From Escherichia coli (GTDB lineage: Bacteria; Pseudomonadota; Gammaproteobacteria; Enterobacterales; Enterobacteriaceae): a stretch of DNA of 64,000 nucleotides. A program made the translations under genes and the position numbers. The DNA is taken from NCBI RefSeq assembly GCF_044324785.1, contig NZ_CP172127.1, one strand, 5' to 3'. The notes beneath the pieces were generated by a model. That model saw nothing but the letters and a program-made list of their open reading frames with translations, was not told the origin of the DNA and did not search any database. This document shows, in pieces, positions 56,953 to 64,000 of the stretch (its first letter is position 1; each line of letters opens with the position of its first letter).

Positions 56953-57708
56953 TCAGAACTTATAACCACGATGCAGCGCCACAACCCCTGCCGTCAGATT
57001 GTAGTAGTCGACACTTTCGAATCCGGCATCCTGCATCATGGCTTTCAGGGTATCCTGATCGGGATGCATACGGATGGATTCTGCCAGATAACGGTAGCTG
57101 TCGGCGTCGTTCGCGACCAATGAGCCAATACGCGGCAGCACATGGAAGGAGTATGCATCATAGGCTTTGCTCAGCGGCTCGATAATTGGCTTCGAGAACT
57201 CAAGCACCAGCAGGCGGCCGCCGGGTTTCAGCACGCGATACATTGAACGCAGTGCTTTATCTTTGTCGGTGACGTTACGCAGACCAAACGAAATGGTGAT
57301 GCAATCAAAGGTGTTATCCGGGAATGGCAGCGCCTCAGCGTTCGCCTGAACATACTCAACGTTGCCAATCACACCGATATTACGCAGCTTCTCGCGGCCC
57401 ATTTTGAGCATGGATTCATTGATATCAGCAAGGACCACTTTGCCAGTTTCTCCGACCAGGCGGGAGAATTTCGCTGTCAGGTCGCCGGTGCCACCAGCCA
57501 GATCCAGCACGGTCTGCCCACGGCGTACGCCGCTGCAATCAATCGTGAATCGCTTCCACAAACGATGAATACCAAATGACATCAAATCATTCATGACATC
57601 GTATTTTGATGCCACGGAATGGAAAACGTGGGCGACCATATCCGCTTTTTGTTCCTTCGCGACGGTCTGAAAACCAAAGTGCGTCGTTTCTTGTGACTTA
57701 TCCACCAT
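56953..57708 (-). CDS. ubiE: ubiquinone/menaquinone C-methyltransferase
   Basis: 251-aa ORF, SAM-binding motif [10 protein letters not shown]. Confidence 0.95.
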
Positions 57709-57802
57709 CTCAATGCCTGCTCATCAAAAAATTGTTCCAGAAGTGTAACAGATTGGGCGTCGATGCCCTAGATTTCTACCCGGCTTAACTACCCCCAATG
57801 GG

Positions 57803-59230
57803 CTAGCGCGACTGCTGATTATATTCATCATCGCGTTGATAAGCTTCATCATTCGGCTGCTCCGGAACCGACCGCAGTCGATACTCTTCATCCTGGCTCA
57901 CCGCTTGTTCAGCCAAATCCGGATTAATCTCGCGTTTAATTTCTACCCCTAAACCGCGAAACGCTTCTGCCTGCGCCAGCACATTTCCGCGACCTGAAGA
58001 GAGTTTTTTCATTGCCTGGCGATAGTTATCCTGCGCTTTGTCGAGACTTTGACCAATCGCTGACATGTCATCGACGAACAAACGCATCTTGTCGTACAGC
58101 TTGCTGGCGCGATCGGCTATTTTCTGGGCGTTACGACTTTGATGCTCATAGCGCCAGAGGTTGGCGATAGTGCGCAGCGCCACCAGCAGCGTGGTCGGGC
58201 TAACCAGCATGATATTGTTTTTCAACGCTTCGGTGATCAGCTCCGGCTGGCGGTCCAGCGCCAGTAAAAAAGCGGGTTCAACGGGAATAAACATCAGCAC
58301 GTAATCCAGGGTTCGCAGCCCCGGCAGCTGTTGATAATCTTTGCGTCCCAGCAAACGGATATGGTTACGCACCGACGCGATATGTTCCTGTAGCGCACTT
58401 TCGCGGGTGTAGTCATCTTCGGCGTTGAAATAGCGTTCATAGGCGACCAGCGTCATTTTGGCGTCGATCACCACATCTTTTCCCTGCGGCAACCGCACGA
58501 TGACATCCGGCTGCATCCGCGAGCGGGCGTCATTTTCGATGCTGACCTGAGTTTCATATTCATACCCTTCACGCAGACCGGAAGCCTCCAGCACCCGCGT
58601 CAATACCACCTCGCCCCAGTTGCCCTGAGTTTTATTGTCGCCTTTCAGCGCACGCGTCAGGTTGATCGCCTCCTGAGCCATTTGCGCGTTGAGCTGCTGG
58701 AGATTGCGAATTTCGTGGGTCAGGGTATGACGTTCCTGTGCTTCTTTACCGAAGCTGTCCTGAACCTGACGGCGGAAACCGTCCAGTTGTTCACGTAGCG
58801 GCGACAACAGGCTGTTCAGACTCTGACGGTTTTGCTCATCAACCCGGCGATTGCTGTGCTCAAAAATACGGTTGGCGAGGTTTTCAAACTGCTCACTGAG
58901 GCGCTGCTCGCTGTTAATCATCTGGCGAATTTTATCGTCAGCATGTTGCTGTGCGGCTTCCATCCGCGTGGTTACTTCGCGCAGATCGGCCTCCAGAGAG
59001 GTGTTAATACTTTGCAGGCTGCGCACTTCGTTATTGAGTAACTCGCACTCAGCGCGCCAGTGCTCGCTTTGGGTAATTTGTTGTTTTGCCGCGCTTAACT
59101 CCGCGACCATCTCTTCACGTTCAGCTAATTGCTCGGCTTTTTGCTGCGCATGTTGATAACTGGCAAACAGCCAGCCAATTGCCACACCCACCAACGCAAT
59201 AACTGCGTAAACCATGATTGAGAAATCCAC
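57803..59230 (-). CDS. rmuC: DNA recombination protein RmuC
   Basis: 475-aa ORF, N-terminal TM segment and long coiled-coil. Confidence 0.9.
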   Translation of the reverse strand: MDFSIMVYAVIALVGVAIGWLFASYQHAQQKAEQLAEREEMVAELSAAKQQITQSEHWRAECELLNNEVRSLQSINTSLEADLREVTTRMEAAQQHADDKIRQMINSEQRLSEQFENLANRIFEHSNRRVDEQNRQSLNSLLSPLREQLDGFRRQVQDSFGKEAQERHTLTHEIRNLQQLNAQMAQEAINLTRALKGDNKTQGNWGEVVLTRVLEASGLREGYEYETQVSIENDARSRMQPDVIVRLPQGKDVVIDAKMTLVAYERYFNAEDDYTRESALQEHIASVRNHIRLLGRKDYQQLPGLRTLDYVLMFIPVEPAFLLALDRQPELITEALKNNIMLVSPTTLLVALRTIANLWRYEHQSRNAQKIADRASKLYDKMRLFVDDMSAIGQSLDKAQDNYRQAMKKLSSGRGNVLAQAEAFRGLGVEIKREINPDLAEQAVSQDEEYRLRSVPEQPNDEAYQRDDEYNQQSR

Positions 59231-59322
59231 AACGCCTCCTGACGCAACAACTTACCCGCACAAAATAGAATTGTGCTGTACAAACGTCCAGTTGGAAAGG
59301 CATTTCCTGCGAGGCGCTACGC

Positions 59323-59351
59323 AAAAATACAAAAGGCCGAACGCGTCGGCC
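59323..59351 (-). terminator. rho-independent terminator downstream of udp (GGCCGACGCGTTCGGCC hairpin + U-run)
   Basis: Hairpin and flanking T/A runs read directly. Confidence 0.5.
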
Positions 59352-59370
59352 TTCAGACAGGAGAAGAGGA

Positions 59371-60132
59371 TTACAGCAGACGACGCGCCGCTTCCACCAC
59401 GATTTTCACCGCTTGGCTTTCAGTTTGTTTCATCGTCTCAGCATTCGGGATCTCTTGCTGGGTGCGGTTAACGATAACACCCGCTACCATACCGGCACGC
59501 AGGCCCTGACTTGCACACATGGTCAGCAGGGTTGCAGATTCCATTTCATAGTTCATTACGCCCATCGCCTGCCACTCTTCCATAGAACCTTTAAAGTGAC
59601 GAACTACGCGACCAGAGTAAGTATCGTAACGTTCCTGGCCTGGGTAGAAGGTATCAGAAGAAGCCGTCACGCCAACGTGAGTCGTCGCGCCAATGGATTT
59701 CGCCGCTTCAACCAGCGCAGTCGTACATTCGAAATCAGCGACAGCCGGGAATTCCAGCGGTGCGAAGTGCAAGCTCGCGCCATCCAGACGAACAGACGCC
59801 GTGGTAACCAGGACATCGCCAACATTAATATGCGGCTGAATAGCGCCCGTTGTACCGATACGCAGGAAGGTGCGAATGCCCAGCTGTGCCAGCTCTTCAA
59901 CAGCAATAGAGGTAGACGGGCCGCCGATACCGGTAGAGCAGACGATAACAGGTTTACCATCCAGCTCTGCACGCCAGGTGGTGAATTCGCGGTGAGATGC
60001 CAGCTTAACCGGCTTATCCATCAGCGCGGCGATCTTTTCCACACGATCCGGGTCGCCAGGGACGATGGCAAGCGTAGCCCCTTGTAAATCGTTTTTAGTG
60101 AGGCCGAGATGAAAAACATCAGACTTGGACAT
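59371..60132 (-). CDS. udp: uridine phosphorylase
   Basis: ORF track starts at 60138; likely start 60132 ([16 protein letters not shown]), 253 aa. Confidence 0.95.
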   Translation of the reverse strand: MSKSDVFHLGLTKNDLQGATLAIVPGDPDRVEKIAALMDKPVKLASHREFTTWRAELDGKPVIVCSTGIGGPSTSIAVEELAQLGIRTFLRIGTTGAIQPHINVGDVLVTTASVRLDGASLHFAPLEFPAVADFECTTALVEAAKSIGATTHVGVTASSDTFYPGQERYDTYSGRVVRHFKGSMEEWQAMGVMNYEMESATLLTMCASQGLRAGMVAGVIVNRTQQEIPNAETMKQTESQAVKIVVEAARRLL

Positions 60133-60255
60133 ATACAACTCCTCTGTGAATCGGTTTAGTCAGAAGAAGCAAAAAGACACTTTACCGAAGGGTTTAACAT
60201 TTTTTCGTGATACTCATCACCATGACGCAAATGCGTTGCATAAATTTACCCACCA

Positions 60256-60277
60256 AAAGTGATGCAAATCACATAAA
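60256..60277. promoter_or_regulatory. CRP-like site (AAGTGATGCAAATCACAT) in the udp promoter region
   Basis: TGTGA-N6-TCACA-like palindrome read directly; udp is known to be CRP/CytR regulated. Confidence 0.45.
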
Positions 60278-60393
60278 TCACTCTTCATTCTGCAGGACTG
60301 CATAAAAGATGAGCCGATTCAGGCAATGTGATTTGTTGCATGCTGACTATAGTTAACATTGCGCAACATTTTTATAAGGGTACGGAGAATACC

Positions 60394-61206
60394 ATGGCAA
60401 CAACACAACAATCTGGATTTGCACCTGCTGCATCGCCTCTCGCTTCGACCATCGTTCAGACTCCGGACGACGCGATTGTGGCGGGCTTCACCTCTATCCC
60501 TTCACAAGGGGATAACATGCCTGCTTACCATGCCAGACCAAAGCAGAGCGATGGCCCACTGCCAGTGGTCATTGTAGTGCAGGAAATTTTTGGCGTGCAT
60601 GAACATATCCGCGACATTTGTCGCCGTCTGGCGCTGGAGGGGTATCTGGCTATTGCACCTGAACTTTACTTCCGCGAAGGCGATCCGAATGATTTTGCCG
60701 ATATCCCCACGTTGCTTAGCGGTCTGGTAGCAAAAGTGCCTGACTCGCAGGTGCTGGCCGATCTCGATCATGTCGCCAGTTGGGCTTCCCGCAACGGCGG
60801 CGATGTTCATCGTTTAATGATCACCGGATTCTGCTGGGGTGGGCGCATCACCTGGCTGTATGCCGCGCATAATCCACAGCTAAAAGCCGCGGTGGCGTGG
60901 TACGGCAAGCTGACAGGCGATAAGTCGCTGAATTCACCGAAACAACCTGTTGATATCGCAACCGATCTTAACGCGCCGGTTCTCGGCTTATATGGTGGTC
61001 AGGATAACAGCATTCCGCAGGAGAGCGTGGAAACGATGCGCCAGGCGCTGCGGGCTGCTAATGCGAAAGCAGAGATTATCGTGTACCCGGATGCCGGGCA
61101 TGCATTCAACGCTGATTATCGCCCGAGCTATCATGCCGAATCTGCGAAAGACGGCTGGCAGCGAATGTTGGAATGGTTTAAGCAGTATGGTGGGAAGCGG
61201 AGTTAG
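60394..61206 (+). CDS. ysgA: dienelactone hydrolase family protein
   Basis: ORF track starts at 60328; likely start 60394 (MATTQQSGFAPAAS), 271 aa; nucleophile motif GFCWGG. Confidence 0.88.
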   Translation: MATTQQSGFAPAASPLASTIVQTPDDAIVAGFTSIPSQGDNMPAYHARPKQSDGPLPVVIVVQEIFGVHEHIRDICRRLALEGYLAIAPELYFREGDPNDFADIPTLLSGLVAKVPDSQVLADLDHVASWASRNGGDVHRLMITGFCWGGRITWLYAAHNPQLKAAVAWYGKLTGDKSLNSPKQPVDIATDLNAPVLGLYGGQDNSIPQESVETMRQALRAANAKAEIIVYPDAGHAFNADYRPSYHAESAKDGWQRMLEWFKQYGGKRS

Positions 61207-61598
61207 TTTCCTCTTAGTCTATATTTGAGATGGTGAGTGAACGAGTGCGTTTTGCTGCCATCTCTGTCCCCCAAAAAATAATCAGTATGAATTGATTGGA
61301 GATTACGACTCCGCTATTTGACCTTAAGAAAGTCGGCAAGTCATAGTCATAAATGAGTCTCTTCAATGGCAGACACCTTAGAGATTTACCATCAACTCCC
61401 ATTCACAAACAAACATTAATTATTATCAACACATTCACATTAATTATAAATCATCTCAGACCTTCCTGATAAAAAGATATTAAAGTGAAACATTTTGTTT
61501 TTCACATTTTAGTTCATCACTTTTAGGCGTAAATAAAGGTAAAAAAACAACAATACTATTTCTCTTTCACAAAAGAATTAACAAAAGGTTTTTCAAGG

Positions 61599-62747
61599 AT
61601 GAGTGATATTATTTACCTGAACATAACCGGAGAACAACAAGGATGTATTTCCTCTCGTTGTGGAACGAGCGCATCAATAGGTAATCGCTGGCAGATTGGC
61701 CATGAAGATGAAATCTTCGCGTTCTCGCTCTCTAATAGTATTACGAATACAGGCAAAGGGTCACAATTGCATGGCCTTAGTTTCTGTAAATTGATTGACA
61801 AAAGCTCCCCGTTACTTATTAACGCTATTAACAATAACGAGCAGTTGTTCATGGAGTTTGACTTCTATCGGATCAATAGATTTGGTCGATGGGAGAAATA
61901 TTACAACATTCAACTTCGCGGCGCGCTCTTATCAGCAATCAATCACCTGTTTACTGAGAACAATCTGGATACAGAAACCATCACTGTCAGTTATGAATAT
62001 ATACTCTCCAGGCATCTGATTGCTAATACTGAATTTAGTTATTTGGCATTTCCCGATAACTACAACCGTCTGTTTATACCACGGCCAAAAACTAAAGATG
62101 ATAATGGCCTCAAAACACTCAATAGTAAAGCGGTTGGCAGACTGCTTGCTGCTGGCGGCATATACAATGGGAATATCGAAGGATTCAGGGAAACAGCAAA
62201 CAAGTTGGGAGGAGATGCACCTGCTGGTTACGATCAAGTTATGGATAACAAAGGGTTACTCATCGCTGGTGCTTCAATAGTTGCTGGAGTTGTTCTGGGA
62301 AGAATGAGATTCCCTGATTTGGAATCACTTGAGCATTTCGGAGCCAGAGGAGCAGTATCAGGAAGACCATTTAATCCCGACCTTGCCGGTGGTCCAATAG
62401 AAAATCTGACGACAGATGGCGTAACAATCAACAGGGAAGGTATCGCTATTGTTGAAAAACACATAGCCAGATTTGGTCATGACCCTGTAAATGAAGTGAT
62501 GATCAATAGACTGAAAGACATTGAGAAAGGAAAAATCCCCCCAGAACAAGTAGATCTTAACTTCTATACTCATGAATGTCGGGAATATCAGCGTTACTGT
62601 AATCTTGGTTGGGAAACAGGACAACCTGATGGTGACGCAGGCTATGCACTCTGGAATCATACGCATACTGCTACTCTAGAAGATTATAAACTTAAGGGAG
62701 AACTTAATGACTTATACCACCAGGATGCACTTGACTATGATAACTGA
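61599..62747 (+). CDS. Hcp (T6SS TssD) N-terminal domain fused to an unassigned ~215-aa C-terminal domain; candidate 'extended Hcp' T6SS effector
   Basis: 382-aa ORF in an AT-rich island; residues 1–~165 show Hcp-family signatures (GLSFCKLIDKSSPLL, FDFYRINRFGRWEKYYNIQLRGALLSAIN, ETITVSYEYI); C-terminal domain is my inference from architecture. Confidence 0.8.
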   Translation: MSDIIYLNITGEQQGCISSRCGTSASIGNRWQIGHEDEIFAFSLSNSITNTGKGSQLHGLSFCKLIDKSSPLLINAINNNEQLFMEFDFYRINRFGRWEKYYNIQLRGALLSAINHLFTENNLDTETITVSYEYILSRHLIANTEFSYLAFPDNYNRLFIPRPKTKDDNGLKTLNSKAVGRLLAAGGIYNGNIEGFRETANKLGGDAPAGYDQVMDNKGLLIAGASIVAGVVLGRMRFPDLESLEHFGARGAVSGRPFNPDLAGGPIENLTTDGVTINREGIAIVEKHIARFGHDPVNEVMINRLKDIEKGKIPPEQVDLNFYTHECREYQRYCNLGWETGQPDGDAGYALWNHTHTATLEDYKLKGELNDLYHQDALDYDN

Positions 62748-62982
62748 AACTGAAATTAACGTACTGAAAGTTATGGCTGAGAAAGATATAAACTGGAACT
62801 GGATGAATCTCGATCGCACACTATCTATAAGGCAAATTCCAGGATTCGGTAATGTTGTTAACATTGTTAACAAATTAGCTAACGAGGGTTTGGTTATTAT
62901 TGAGGATAGCGGACATAAGTCTATGCCTCACTACCACGTTACTGAAAAGGGATACAATCTCGTGAAAAGTGAGAATAAATAA
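62707..62982 (+). CDS. small protein (91 aa) translationally coupled to the Hcp-fusion gene; candidate immunity protein
   Basis: Strong SD (AGGGAG, 6-nt spacer) before ATG 62707; overlaps upstream stop by 41 nt; alternative in-frame starts at 62725 and 62737; function inferred from position only. Confidence 0.55.
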   Translation: MTYTTRMHLTMITETEINVLKVMAEKDINWNWMNLDRTLSIRQIPGFGNVVNIVNKLANEGLVIIEDSGHKSMPHYHVTEKGYNLVKSENK

Positions 62983-63130
62983 CGTAGCGTTGATTACTGA
63001 ACAAATCGCTCAGGATTATATTTTGCGAAAAAAATGATTCGGTTATTTCTGTGTCTGAACGGCCGCAGATAGCAAAATGGCTTCCGGTGATGGAAGCCAT
63101 CAGATTATTGGCAAAGTGCGTGTTGTTCAT

Positions 63131-63218
63131 GCCGGATGCGGCGTGAACGCCTTATCTGGCCAACTAAATCTTGAAAATTCAATAAATTGAAGAAATTATG
63201 TAGGCCTGGTATCAGGCA
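63131..63218. repeat. REP palindromic units downstream of metE
   Basis: GCCGGATGCGGCGTGAACGCCTTATCTGGCC and GTAGGCCTGGTATCAGGCA read directly. Confidence 0.75.
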
Positions 63219-63268
63219 GTTTTGCCTCTTTCATCGTACTGCAATTTACAGTGACTCGTTAATACTCA

Positions 63269-64000
63269 TCACCCCCGTCGCAAATTCTGCGCCGCCTGCA
63301 CCATGTTCGCCAGTGCCGCGCGGGTTTCTGGCCAGCCGCGCGTTTTCAGGCCACAGTCCGGGTTTACCCACAGACGCTCTGCCGGAATGCGTTTTGCCGC
63401 TTTCTTCAGCAGGGCTTCAATCCATTCCACGCTCGGTACGTTTGGCGAGTGAATGTCATAGACGCCTGGACCGATTTCATTCGGATAATCAAACTCTTCG
63501 AACGACTCCAGCAACTCCATGTCAGAACGCGAGGTTTCGATGGTGATGACGTCTGCGTCCAGCGCCGCAATCGAATCCATGATGTCGTTGAACTCGCAGT
63601 AACACATGTGAGTGTGGATTTGTGTGTCATCTTTCGCCACGGCGGCGTTGATACGGAAAGCCTCCACGCCCCACTGGAGATAGGCATCCCAGTCGCTGCG
63701 ACGCAGCGGTAAACCTTCGCGCAGTGCCGGTTCATCAATCTGGATGATGCCAATTCCAGCGGCTTCCAGGTCCGCCACTTCATCACGCAGCGCCAGCGCA
63801 ATTTGTTTGGCGATGGTTTCACGGCTGACATCTTCACGCGGGAACGACCAACAGAGTATGGTAACCGGCCCCGTCAGCATCCCTTTCACCGGTTTGTCGG
63901 TCAGCGATTGTGCATATTTCGCCCACTCCACGGTAATTGGTGCCGGGCGGCTAACGTCACCAATGACAATCGGCGGCTTCACGCAGCGGGAACCGTAGCT
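63269..64000 (-). CDS. metE: cobalamin-independent methionine synthase, C-terminal part; gene runs off the window end
   Basis: Reverse-strand ORF open to window end; C-terminal sequence ...[33 protein letters not shown] recognised. Confidence 0.93.

Noticed and set aside
61214-61402. 62-aa ORF on the - strand downstream of ysgA
   Set aside because: Lies in the AT-rich leader of the Hcp-fusion gene with no RBS; probably non-coding, though not formally excluded.
62939-63130. 63-aa ORF on the - strand overlapping the end of the 91-aa ORF
   Set aside because: Antisense to the better-supported + strand ORF and runs into the terminator hairpin and REP.

Overview
This window reads as an Escherichia coli-type chromosomal segment, syntenic with the K-12 yihV–metE region in reverse orientation. 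All identifications are from reading the sequence and recognising translated proteins and RNA genes from memory; no database search, alignment or exact GC computation was run. The conserved backbone is: sulfoquinovose (sulfoglycolysis) cluster yihV/yihUTSR-yihQPO-ompL, yihNML, typA, glnALG, yshB, hemN, yihI, csrC, engB, spf, polA, yihG, yihF, dsbA, srkA, yihD, mobAB, an rrnA-type rRNA operon (16S-tRNA-Ile-tRNA-Ala-23S-5S), hemG, trkH, yigZ, pepQ, fadBA, fre, ubiD, rfaH, tatDCBA, ubiB/J/E, rmuC, udp, ysgA and the 3' part of metE. Four accessory insertions stand out against that backbone. (1) The most interesting is a ~1.9 kb AT-rich island between ysgA and metE: a 382-aa protein with an Hcp (T6SS tube protein) N-domain fused to a ~215-aa C-terminal domain I cannot assign, plus an overlapping 91-aa ORF, i.e. 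a candidate orphan Hcp-effector/immunity pair. (2) A TSUP/TauE-family permease gene sits between yihR and yihQ inside the sulfoquinovose cluster. (3) IS1 is inserted in the 3' part of yihO with a perfect 9-bp target duplication. (4) A 1432-bp IS3-family element (IS1397-like) is inserted in the loop of a REP palindromic unit between mobB and the rrn terminators, with a 4-bp duplication. Many six-frame ORF starts are 5'-extended relative to the likely true starts, and I have adjusted them where I recognised the protein N-terminus.
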